Positions 40,772 through 53,386 of a stretch of 64,000 bases of DNA are shown here, piece by piece. The stretch is from Mizuhopecten yessoensis. Lineage: Eukaryota. A model generated the notes under the pieces. It searched no databases, was not told the origin of the DNA, and saw only the letters and a list, made by a program, of their open reading frames with translations. The stretch lies in assembly GCF_002113885.1 (NCBI RefSeq), contig NW_018404492.1:4125609-4189608 (forward strand), written 5' to 3'. Positions within the stretch are counted from its first letter, which is position 1. Each line of letters starts with the position of its first letter. The position numbers and the translations under genes are program-made.

Positions 40772-41766
40772 GAATTTGTCAGCCTGACAATCATTATAAC
40801 ATTTTTCCAGGAAAACTATAAGTCAGTTTGTGAGTTTGAGTTTTACTTGACTGCTACCAAAATAGCCCCTATGCCTACCGGACATCTTTTGAATACTTGT
40901 CGGCAATATTTCGGACAAAACACAACCATCTTTACAATTAGCAGCCAAGCGGCCCCCTCATTGTATGTTTCGTTGAATTTGCTGTTGTTTTAGATTGCTT
41001 GTAAGCAATTGCATCCTGTGAATGATTTGCAAACCTTGAACTGTGTGTGTCGGACGCCATCTGTGTTGTTATGAAGAGAGATTCTAGTTTGAGTCATCTC
41101 CTCTCGCACGTGCTTTTATAGACCCCGGCTCTATAGACCCCGGCAAGATATCCAATCAGAAAGAATGTTTCAAATTAGAAGGGTGACACAATATTGTATT
41201 TTCCTGTCATCTTACCAGTTACACCCAATTAGACACGCTGTTATTAAGTTGTGGTACAATAATACATTGCTGTGTTAGTTGTAAAAACTGTCAACAAAGA
41301 CAGTACAGTAGAAAACAACATCATTATAGGTTTATATTTGGCATTTATATACCCCGGAACAACATTTTGACATTTAATGTATTTTCCTTGCTTTATAATT
41401 ATAATGTTTATTACACAATACAGTGTATCATACAATCACTATATGCATGTATCATAAAATCAAACATTTACGAGAAAAACATCACTTCAAGCATTGCAAT
41501 ACTAATATATCATTACGATATACATTTATACAATTTATGTACAATACAAATAACATCAATGTATAATAGTGACATTTAAATACATTACCATTATACGTTA
41601 CAACATAGCCCCGTGGTAAATATGTATTATTAACGTGTGAATATTGTACATCTATACAATATCACTGAAGAAATAATACCAGTTTGTAAATGTTATTACT
41701 GCGATGCACTAATATCGATATTATCACATACAGAACATGTAAATTATTACCATTGACTTATCGCAT

Positions 41767-42099
41767 TGTTGACAAAATTACTATTTCGCCGTTAAATGGA
41801 AATCGCACGTTTCTTTTTTTAACATTTCAGTTATTGGCTTAGATTCGGAATTTTGCGTGTTCCTCTTGTTTGAGACACTGTATCTAAATCTTCATTTATT
41901 TCCTCGACTGTTTGTTTAACGTGCCTTTCTCGTGTGTGTAACTTATCTTACGAAGACTCTTGTCTTATGCATGCTTTGCGAGGCGCTCCGACTTTCAGCA
42001 TGCGTGCATTACAAGAGTCTCCGGATAATGTACACTAATAAACAAGACAGCCACCTGGACGGAAAAGTAGTCCGGAAAGACTACCCATCCGTGTCAACA
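41767..42099 (+). mobile_element. Possible solo LTR (333 bp)
   Basis: TGTTGACA...TGTCAACA 8-bp inverted termini, AATAAA ~55 bp before the 3' end, internal stem-loop; no TSD found. Confidence 0.35.
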
Positions 42100-44169
42100 A
42101 ATAAACATCTATATGCAAGGGAATGACGTTATTAATAAATCCATATCAACACATTATAATGGATATTAATTAATTTTGAGGAAAGCATGCCTAGCTTGAA
42201 TAAAGATTCAATGAGGAAACCATTTTTGTAGAATTTCCTGATTCAAATCATATTCCTTTGAAATTATGATGTTTCAACGAAATGAAACATAAACATTCAC
42301 AAATAAAGTATATCATTGTATAGTATTCAACGATGCAACACAAAATTCATATATTTCTACTTACCTTTTCTGACAACTCAAAATTGACGCTCTTATAACG
42401 TTGTTTTGCCGTCCTGACAATGATACTGCATAAAGTGTTAATTTTTATAACTTTTCTGAAATCATATTTCAAAACATTCTTTAATCTAAAGTCCTGATAT
42501 CATTAACATGCACATGTCTCTGCGTCAACATCATATTTGTCTTTAGACATGATCAATCATACTCAAACAGTTTTATTCGATTCGCCTAGAGTAATACCTG
42601 CTATAAAACAAATGCCTAACTACAGTGTATCAACAGCTTTCACAAAGAAATCATTGATATAGTTCAGATGGAGGAAAACGTAAATGCCACGTCTATCAAA
42701 CACAGCATCCTCAGGACCTCACCAATTCAGACCCATTATACACTCATAACTGCTTGCCGATTATACAATATTCTTGACAAATGACATTTGCAGCTGGATT
42801 AGAAGCCATGGTTTTATGGCGTTCATTCATGTGGTATTTATAATTCATGAAAAGCCTACTTGATTTATCAAGGGCTGTTTGTGTAAGCTTGACATACCCT
42901 AATTTAATTTCGGAACTCTCAAGATAAAATGAAATAAAAAGCCCAGTTCATATTGACAGGAAGACTGTGGTAATATTCATAAGGATGTTGAGATTACTTC
43001 TGCAAAGTTTACGTCTGTCTCTAATCAAAATTTGATTTTTTAAGACACCTGGGTAGATACGACAGGATCGGAAGTCTGCCACCAGCATGTTTCTGATGAT
43101 TTTTTGTTGACCGACCTCGTCATTCAGTTACCAAAATATTGTTGGAATAGTAACAGGAAATGTCACGTACCTGTACAAGGTGTATCGGTATAATTACCTA
43201 CATATCCAGGGCATGTCAAAAACGACGAGACTTCCGTTAAATATTTATCAATTCCAGTCTACCGTTTATATCAGAACGTACATTTCCTTAAATATTTAGT
43301 CCAAACGTCTTACAATATCTTATTGATATTTGAGACCTTATCATTTATGGATTTTAATGATAAAGTGGAAGTACGACAAACTAATGCTTTTGACGCACAT
43401 CCGGTATTTCTGCCTGAAGGTTATTGTTCTTGTTCCTAGATTGTATAACGTATCTTGCACTTGTTGATTAGAACAAATGGAACTTTATGTACTTTACCAT
43501 GGCTATATGGGTGGGAGACAACACCAGTTAATTCCTGAAGGATAACATATAAACTGTTGTAGCCGTCAGAAGTTCAAAAGACAATACAGATGATATTTTA
43601 TTGTGGTAAAACGTGTTGCAATGGCCTTACCAAATTCCAAACAGTGTTATTCAAGAGCAAGTGTCATACATACATTGTAATAGTATCATGTAATTACTTG
43701 AATTAATTCGCGAAAGATTGATGGGGTCAAGGTATATGCGAGGTGTTCTATTGCAAGCACGAAGCTTACAATTACACTATGGGAACATATGATCATCTTA
43801 CAAGACAGCTGATGACACTGCACATAGTCCTGAAATACATGATAATGCAGTTGATCGTACATTTGTATATGTATAATCTGTAAGTAAAACTCGCGCTACA
43901 TTTCGACATAGCTATTTACACTGCTACATCGAAAAGACGACTACATGCGGTTTCAATGTTGGCAAAATCGCCAGCATTAAAACAAAATTAACACAACATG
44001 TTATCTTCTCTTTGTAAAGAATAGCACAACTTGATAGATATACGATGTAAGAATTGCGAATGTTTAGCATTCTGAATATACAGTTTGATAGTGTCCCTTC
44101 ATTAAATCCATCCTATACAGGGGAATATACCCGTTGTGTCCCCCTGTGCGTTTGGAACCACCTTTCCAA

Positions 44170-44300
44170 ATCAGGTACTGTCCGTAGGTTGATGGTTGTC
44201 TCCGAGAGGTCCGGCGTTCCTCCACCGCGGACACCTGGCACATCCTTAAATGACCATAGCTGTTAATAGGACGTAACATACAAACAAACCGAACCAAACC
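44170..44300 (+). mobile_element. 5'-truncated SINE
   Basis: Degenerate GGTT..CTCCG...TCCGG..TTCCTCCA core; tail CCTTAAATGACCATAGCTGTTAATAGGACGT plus CAAA repeats, shared with 47135-47190. Confidence 0.75.
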
Positions 44301-44371
44301 TTCCCAAATCGGGGTTGTTTTCTCCTTGTCTTCTGTTTAGGAGACATTGAATACACCAGTAACATACTTTC

Positions 44372-44600
44372 TATATATCCCATTGCATGTGTATCGTAAG
44401 AGGTACCTAAAGTGGACCCCTGTAGATTCCGGGGTTTACTTCCAAACTGCTGTCCCCATTATGACACTTGCATTTCCTACTACATATTTCCATTTTTGTT
44501 TTACTTCTATGTACTTTTTCTTTATAGTGGCGTCTCCTTTGCCACCCTTCCTCAAATGACCCTGACTGTAGGAAGGACGTCAACCCCTAAACAAACAAAA
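44372..44600 (+). mobile_element. SINE-like fragment
   Basis: TATATCCC...CGTAAGAGG motif shared with 60580 and 58907; tail AAATGACCCTGACTGTAGGAAGGACGTCAA...AAACAAACAAAA. Confidence 0.6.
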
Positions 44601-46348
44601 AGTCATTGTGGACATATCGAGAAAATCCTTCAGTGATAACATAGGAAATGGCAAACTAGAATTACCAATTATTCAGTGGTGTGGTTTGTTAAACTAAAGG
44701 TGTGTAAAGCTATATCACAATTATCAGGCATCAGATCAGAGTTGATTTGCACATATGAGTGATGTGAAAGACTCAAACTCAGCCGAGATGTCAACGCATT
44801 ATGGCCTTTTGGAAACATATCGAAACATTAACCATTGTACATGTTTATACTTATACACGCTAGAGGTTGCAGCCAAAACATTAGTCTACAACTTACATGT
44901 ACCAAATTCAAAGTTTAAATGCACAAGTGTCATTCATACACACAACAAGAAACTCAGATGACCCATACATACGTTCATGATAATACAGATGAGTACACCG
45001 TCATAACGAACTTAACTGTATTCGAATAAAGACATATATGTGGTGCACCAATGAAATCATGAATTTTACAAATAAAACATTTCATAGGATAATGATGTGA
45101 TGCAATGGCTTCAATGTGGTTCGCGAGCAGCATCAACCCGCCTGAGACGCTCTCTCTTTCACTGTTCTACCGAAGTAGTACCAACAGTTTACTTATGTAA
45201 CGTAGTAAACATTTGCACTCGTGCGGGATTTATGCTTATGTATACATAAATATCGTAGGCGTTTCTGAAACTTCATATATAGAATCTATAACCGAACCGT
45301 ACATAGAGTTAAAGTCAAGACATTTCAGATATACGATCCTGTATGGTTGTAAGATATTTGTCAAGGGAACAACAGTTCGCTGTTAATGCCTTAAAGAAAT
45401 TATGTATAAAATCATTCCTCAGTTTAATGCGTTAATCCCATGTGTAACACGTGACAGATATATACTATACATAGCATGTACACAGCCTCCGTAATATAGA
45501 TATACACAGCTTATAAAAGGAAGAACAAATAAAAAAGATACATAACCGTGGTTTAGTACCCCGAATGTAAATATCTCTAAAGTACTTCTGGTCTGATGAG
45601 GTCGAAATGTGATAAGGATGAAATGGTTTATCACACTCTCACTTTTTTCCTTTCTAGAGCTTCTCATATTATTATTATATGTTTTTAACTTATTTATTTA
45701 TTATAATTTATTCAACTTATTTATATTTTCTCAAGTTTAAGTGTTTGTTTTACGCCTCTTTGGTTTCGTTTGTCTTTTTGTGTCGAAATTAATTTCCTAT
45801 TCAGTCATTGTGCAATTTTAAATTACTATATGGTGTAGGAGACAATTCATCATTTGACTTTGAAAACCATGGGTAATATATGTTATTAAAGAGAGGAAAT
45901 TGAAAGAATGAAAATAACAAATATATTATATTTTCAAAGGTCATATCAATGCAAGACGTATCTCTGGAATGTCAAGTCATGCACTATGATCGGGATGAAT
46001 TAATAAGTACCTGTATCTACATAGATTCGACGAGCAAAAGACATGATGTAGCCCATTTAATGCTATAAAAAGACGCGACGTGTTCAGGGATATGATTTTG
46101 TGTTAAGTAGGACAGCCTATGATGTTAACGTTTCAGTGACAAATCAGACCTGAAAAGAACAACTGAAGTTGTAGGTTTCACGGAAAACAATGGGAATACT
46201 ACATTGAGGGTTGGCTTCGTTAGGCTGTCTATAGTTTCATTTTCATGGTCTGTACATCATGCTTTTGTTTTTGCTGTTAGCCTCATTAAGTATGCAAATC
46301 TTACATAGCATTTCGACAAAGTTGACAACATATCCGCTTCAGGAAGCC

Positions 46349-46422
46349 TTCAATTGCTTGGCAAAACCATCAGAGCAACGGGATCTTTCAATTGCTTGGC
46401 CAACCCTTCAGAATAACGGGAT
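46349..46422. repeat. 38-bp imperfect tandem duplication
   Basis: TTCAATTGCTTGGC...CAGA..AACGGGAT at 46349 and 46387. Confidence 0.85.
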
Positions 46423-46845
46423 GCCTGTACGTGAATTAGGGCCAGCCGGGAACATTCCTAAAGGTCACTTTAACCATTGTAGACCATGAGGCCAGTCTTA
46501 TCACAGAGCTGTATACATAGAGCAGGTGTAACACTGTACCAGTGTTTTTTTTAAATCTTTAGGTATTGACTTTGTGACGTCAGAGGATAATAATAGAACC
46601 ACGATTCCTCTACTTTCAATATGTAATTACTTATTTTACCTATTGTCAAGATCGTAGACATTATAAAGTGATGGATGTTGAATCGATTATATTTATTATA
46701 GTGCTTAATAGTGTTTATACGGAGAGACTTTCTTAGCAGTGTAATTATAGAAGATGTCGTAGGATTAGTAATTAGAAGGAAAACAAGATGTATATCGTGC
46801 AGATAATTCATTAATGAATACTTAGCTAATTATCATCATGACCGG

Positions 46846-46871
46846 TATCCACATATCCACATATCCACATA
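46846..46871. repeat. 8-bp tandem repeat (TATCCACA x3)
   Basis: Read directly. Confidence 0.85.
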
Positions 46872-46938
46872 GCCGTAAATATTTTATTTTATTTGAGTGC
46901 ATGTCAAATCATTCGGCAGTTCAAAGTAAGAAGCCTAA

Positions 46939-47332
46939 TGCTACTTTCCCACAATCACGACCTTTATCGGGGCGTCCTGCTGGGTGTCTTCGGCAGTATG
47001 TTTCAGTGAGGTAGTCCTATAAAGTCGGCATCAGTTCCGCGCTATCACAAGGAGACAAACACGAACATATCGCAGCCTCCCAAAATACACACAAATACAC
47101 TACACGCATGCATCTTGCACACAGGGGAGGCCGTCCTTAAAACACCTTAGCTGTTAATAGGACGTTAAACAAAATCAAACAAACAAACAAAATTATCAGG
47201 ACCTCAACACGACCACACTCGACCTTAAGGTCGTGATCATGTTCCCGACCGCAATGCGACTCAGCGCGACTGCCTAGATCTGCTCAAGTCGTGCTCGGTC
47301 GTGACCAAGATCGTCTATGTGGGAAAGTAGCT
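46939..47332. mobile_element. PIF/Harbinger-like MITE interrupted by a SINE
   Basis: TIR GCTACTTTCCCACA / TGTGGGAAAGTAGC (14/14); TAA on both flanks (46936-46938, 47333-47335); internal CACGACC/GGTCGTG repeats. Confidence 0.8.
46969..47192 (+). mobile_element. 5'-truncated SINE nested in the MITE
   Basis: Tail CCTTAGCTGTTAATAGGACGTTAAAC plus (CAAA)n; TTATC on both sides (46964-46968, 47193-47197) as probable TSD. Confidence 0.8.
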
Positions 47333-50300
47333 TAATTCTCAAATGCTCAAATGATTTTTTTTTCTCTCAAATATACATGTAGTCTCGTAATCAGAGATTG
47401 ATTGAAGTGTGCACATTACCTATCTGAGAGTCCCTTGCACGTTAGCAAAACAATACACCTTTTGTATCCGACTGCATGTTTTTGTAAGAGGCGAATTATT
47501 TCGGCACCATCATTTTGACATGTTCAAGATTCTAACAGTTGTCTTGAACGTTTATATAATTGCAGTTTTCGGAAGACTTTTATGTATTTTTTGCATCAAT
47601 ACCTACATTTGTCTTGTTTATTAATATACTGCATTATGTCCCATCGACAACTAAAGGCGTGTACTTAAAAAAAATGTAAACAGATACGTTTGCAGAAAAA
47701 TACATCTCCTTAAGATTTAAAAGTCAAAAGGGTGAAAGTTGCAAACACATCAACAGCTAACGAATCGGTTGACACTTTATGTTATACAATGTATCTTATA
47801 GCAAAGATGAACTGTTTGGAAACATATAAACCTTGATATCAGAGACATGCAAACAGTACCGAACATTGTTGTCATTGTTGACACATCATAACATTTGCCG
47901 TGCGTTGAATTCTCTGTGGTCAATAAGTGTTACAATGTAAAAAGCCTATCGCATGCGCTTTCTTTCGTAAAATGCAGGCTTGTTTTATTTATTTACACCA
48001 TTTGTATATGTTATACGCGCACGAGTATTTCCATTCAACACAGCATTTTATAAATATATCAACATCTGTTGATAGTTCAAGTGAAGATAATGTTTTTAAT
48101 ATTGGCAACAGGTTTGGTTTACTGCTGATCGTGTTGGCTTTAGGTACTAAATTGGAGCTATTACCAACATAATCTTTAAATCACATGTTTATGTACCAAA
48201 ATTCGAAATCTACAATCACTGTTATTTTTTATATATTTGTATATATGTTCTTTTTCTGATCACTTAAACATTCTTAATTTTTGTTCGAACTCTACAGAAA
48301 GCCCTTGATCGTGGTTTCGCCTACTGTTTATATCATGTACTCTGTGCAACTACCGCTGGGGTACGATATATATATAAACATAATTGGATATTATCAGTAG
48401 CAACCTGCTTTTATCGGGACTTTTGCAAATCTCGTTATCCGTAATCTTCCCTGTTACCGCTGTCTTTTTAGCGTCCTAAACCAACATCAATACATGTTCT
48501 CACTAACTTTGTCAGTGGCATTTCTCTTATTACCTATACATATCGAGGGATTGGCACTGATAATCTAGTTCCAAGTGGCCAACTACTAGACATAACATAA
48601 TTGGGGAATGGACTGCCAATAATAGTTTAAGTTTGGAAATATGGAACCCTAACGACTATACTGACAAGCTAACATGTATACCGCGCCTAAAATAACGCAT
48701 ACAGTATTTGAGATATTAGTTTGTTAACGGCACTGTTGACGATTTGCTGACCTAAAATTAAACAACAAATCTTTTGATAGTCTTCAAATGATAAACAGTT
48801 ACACATGCTGTATATACACTGTGTGTGATAAAGGTAAGCTCCCACTCCACTCGAAACATGCCAACCTTTCAACACAGTAAGCATATGCTACGTAGTTTCT
48901 TTGACATTTAAGGGAAATATAGTCTAATGACTGGATTCCAACCACGGCCTTATCTCCTTGTACATGTAACCATTACTAGTAAAACGACTTTGTTATTGAA
49001 ACATAAACAAACATATAAATAACATTTTAAAAAAATGAAACCTTTAGGATCCTATCAACCATTTGTAAATAGCTGCGTACTTTCATATTACGTAAGTGGA
49101 TGTAGCGCCATCATGACGCTATAAACGAGAATGGTTTAGAATTATAGCAGAGTTGCAATGCAAATAAGTAAAATAAATAAGTGTCAACCCTGAATTACCC
49201 TGGAAGAAAAAATCATCACATCAATATCAAATTTCCAAAAACGACTTATACGTTAATATTGGGAATTGGCAAAGATATGATAGGTGTGTATCCTGACCTA
49301 TGGCACCAGTTTTCAACATTTTGCACTGATACGGAAAACTTTTTAACCTATATTACTGTACATCAGCATGCATCACGTTGACGTATATTGAACTCCTCCT
49401 TTATTAAAGTAAGATTATAATACTGATACCACTTGTGAACATTACAAACAATAAACCATGTTACATTGTACTTTCATAACATATTTAACAAACATTTACC
49501 GAGCACATGAATGTCATGTATTATAAATGGGTCGTTTTAATAACTAGCCCGCTTTACACGTGATGTGTGTATGGACGGCTTGACGAATGTTCAAATTTAT
49601 CTTAACGCTCCGATATGTTATGCAATGTTTTGCACTTTGCCACCGTTCATTTGTGTTTTGTCCTTTAAAATGTTACTTAGTTTAAACAGTATTTTATTTA
49701 ATAAATCAATACAATTCTAGCAAACATTCTATTTCAAAGGCATGTGAAAACAAGCTTAAATCTTACGTAAATCTCTTTTCAAATTGCGTCTGATGTTCAG
49801 AATACTATAGAAAGAACAGCTAATAATCAAGCAAACGCTTAAAAAGGGAAATCACTATTTCAATCATTTACTGTGTGGCGGCAATAGTCTATGGCTTCAA
49901 GCTTCTGTCGGAAACATCTGAAGACAAGTTCACCGCCAGTCCATGCATATCAATACAGACATGATGTACAATTGTCCAAGCCATGGTCACAGAGTAACAA
50001 CTGTCGCGTAAAACCCCAGCAACTCAATCTTCAATCGGTCTCCTCCTCGGCGGTTATTTAATAGTAATTCTTGGAAATGTATATTGGTTGTATACTGATC
50101 TAAGTTTAATTGTGTCCAGCTAATGTTGCGAGACTCGTGTTGGCAAAGAGGACGGAATGGGGCGACATGTTGTCCATGTTTCAAGGAGGAACGCATTACG
50201 TCACATGTCTTGCGTGAGAGAGGAACATGTAGACAGTAATGTAAATAATAAATTTATTTTTATTTTTGTTAAGATAACGACTCGTTAATTTTCTTGACCT

Positions 50301-53058
50301 ATGATGGCCGTGGAAACAAATGAGTCGACCAATTCAAGGCCACTTCACTAAAACATAATTTGGTCACGACAGCAAAACTATGAACTGACCTGCAGTGCCC
50401 GTTAAATTGTAATTGTACAGTAGAAACCCTCCTGCAACCTTTGGTGTAGTGTATTTGGATATATTTAGGCGCGTGTATTACAGCTGTATACCAAGTACAA
50501 TCCTATGTTATTGGTTTCACATGAGACCATATACAGAACAAATATCGAACATGTAACAGAGTTGTAATGAATTTCTCAATTTGACTGAAATTTTCAATTT
50601 ACCTAGTAATTGAGAACATCAACAAAGACATTTAGGAAACTCTGTCAATACCTCATTCAAATTCAAGCTTATTGACGGTCAAACACTTGTTTCCGTAAAG
50701 CATTTCACTTATACACATATTTGCTTCATTGCACCAAGTTTTTTTTCCTTGAAAACAATGCCGGCATTTGTCGGTTTCTTTATGGAAAGATAACTCGTAT
50801 AAAGATACGGATTTGTCAAAGCACAATATATATGTGCTAATTTCTCTGTCATTGAAATGAATAATTTTTGTATTATTATATCAAAGATATCTTCGTCGGA
50901 GATTTTGACTTATTGAATCTTTTTCGTACATCGTTTAGTCATGAATGTAACGTTATAAAAACCACATACTGCATGGATACAAAAATCGACATGTTTTCCA
51001 ATTTACAGATTTCCTTTGGGTTACAAGGGTGTCATTTATTTGCTCCTGTACATGGAAACCTCACCGAGAATGTCTTTTAAACCTGGCTTAGAAATATCAC
51101 TAGCTCTGACAGCGATATTCAACGTGATACGCTCTGTAGTTTTGTCAAATGGTGTGAAAGGATTATCGACGTATTGGAGAGCTAAGGCACTGCGTTATGA
51201 TATTTCCTGTCATTTGTAACAATAATGGCCCCCTCGGAGACGCTGCCTCAGTCCAACCTTGTACGTAACCGCCTGTTTTGGCACAAGATGGTATCCTTTG
51301 TGTTCAGGGCACGACCTGTTGACGGCATTCCCACGCTGATATATGAGAGTGCTTTACATTCCTGATATCAAAACAATAAACTAGCTAGACTGCTCTATCT
51401 ACCCTTGTTCAGTAATATATATATTTCAGCCAAGTTGAATTGCGTGTTCCTGGTGGAAGCACCATATACCGAATGTTTTATGCTTTTTAAGTGCAAAATT
51501 GTGTGTAAGCGTTTGAAGGCCGCTCTTGTTGTCCTGTTTGAGCTGCAATACCCCTTCCTGCACTGGTTGTATATGAGTCAGCTGCCCTTTGGCGTCACGT
51601 GACACTTATCAGTTCCCTATCATGCACTACAACTGATATTTTCTAATTAAAGAGAAAAGCGGAAATGAAAATAAAACAGAATCAATGGTGACCATTTCGC
51701 TTTCGGCAAATTGAGAACAATGTCAAATAGAACAGGATTTATAAATTAACAAATGTCAGACTGGTGTTGTTATGAGTAATATTGACATAATTGAATAACG
51801 TGTTTTTGTCTAGCCATTCACAAATAGGAAAGGAAAGAAATTGATTCATTTGAGAATCATTCTTCTTCCGATTGGTCAACAGTGAGATAATGTCCGATTA
51901 CTGTTGAACTATGTATGGCGGTATATATTTTGAGGAGAAAGAAGTAAATATAAATGTAATTTTGATATCACTTTTGCATTCACAACATTGTATTCCAGCG
52001 TTCTGTTTTGTTTTGACCTTTAAATATCACGGCTATATTTTGTAGGGAACTTTTCAAAAATTAGTTCGTCACTGTCGGCACAGAAAGAAAATAGCGTTGA
52101 CGTCTTGGCTTCTTTTCGCCAAAAACAATTTAAATTCTTTCAGGACTTAAATAAGATGTAACGTACCACTTAATAGTAAAACAATATACATTGGGTTTGA
52201 TAAATGCACCTACATCTTGCCTCCTGCTCGATCGGACGATGTTTCTAGAACGTGTATTACATAATGTGACGACAATACAATGACATTACAAACGATAACA
52301 CATCTGCAGTGCACGTGATCACGTGACTTTTGGTCGTATGCAACAATGGTTTGATCATCATTTTAGAAATTGCAGTAGTTATTGGCCTTTAAAGGAATTA
52401 TCAAACAACAATACATATTTGATTATTGTATTTCATTCAAGGTAAACGTGGATCCTATAATATCTCTAGATTGAAATGAATTACGTACATGGTTATTGAT
52501 AAAGATTAGTTATGAATTATAATTAATTAATGAATTATATTATTGGTCATAGACAAGACAAATTGTTAATTTTCATTATGGCGCCTGAATCCTTAAGAGG
52601 TCCTGAATAGTAAGGAGAAGTATTCCCTATTATTGATTCACCATGATCTGAAACATTGAATACTTATCTCGCCAGCAATCATGCTTACCTCTTTAAAGTT
52701 TATATGAACGAGGTACTTTTGACAACGCTTTGTTTGATGTAATAATATTTGTATTTGTTAAAGAAAGGGATAAAACAGGGAAAAATCAATATTTTAACTG
52801 TTTTCAGAGAAATAATTAAGTTTTCCGTGCCACTGGAACTAAATGTAACTAGGAATAGGATTTTTATTCTCCTTTCCGAATTTTATGTGCTTTTTTTTTT
52901 TAAATATGAAATACAATATTTGAAAACCGTTCTCCGAGAGTGATAACTAATAGATAATGCTTCCCGGAAAAGGTCACCGAGAACAAATCCTAAATAATGT
53001 ATCAAATTACATATAGATAACTTCAACGACACAGAAATTATAAACTGGACTACATACT

Positions 53059-53386
53059 TGACCTTTGATCTCAATGTGACCTTCACATTTGGCGTACAGA
53101 CTGAATAGTTAAACGACACACTGCCATGCCATCATTCATATACCCATAACTCTAAAGAAGAGTTATCTTCAGCAAGCCAGACGTTATGACCAGACGATGC
53201 ATTTGACCTTTGACCTCAATGTAGCCATGCCTTGTGTGTACAGACATGATAGTGGTACAGTTGTACGTTACTCGCCGCTATACCACTCTACATATAACCC
53301 GGAAATAATTCCATTGAGTTATATAATGTATCTAAATTATGGCCCGTACGATGTATTTGACTTTGTCCTCAATATAGCCTTGACCT
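53059..53386. repeat. Degenerate ~150-bp satellite with TGACCTTTGACCT motif (resembles Helentron/HINE-associated mollusc satellites)
   Basis: TGACCTTTGA(T/C)CTCAAT-like motif at 53059, 53204 and 53358 (spacing 145 and 154). Confidence 0.55.

Noticed and set aside
44416-44440. miR-10/miR-993-like ACCCCTGTAGATTCCGGGG
   Set aside because: No 3' arm; lies in a SINE-like fragment
45593-45620. Hammerhead-like core CTGATGA-GGTC-GAAA
   Set aside because: Stem II too short and stem I cannot form
46259-46489. Secreted-peptide-like ORF MLLFLLLASLS...
   Set aside because: Hydrophobic starts are expected from T-rich DNA, and the ORF spans an out-of-frame 38-bp duplication
11104-49770. Scattered D-box TTACGTAA sites suggesting circadian control
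   Set aside because: About four seen versus about two expected; not a meaningful excess
51065-51181. 117-nt symmetric minus-strand exon (LQYVDNPFTPFDKTTERITLNIAVRASDISKPGLKDIL)
   Set aside because: Acceptor lacks a pyrimidine tract; no recognisable homology
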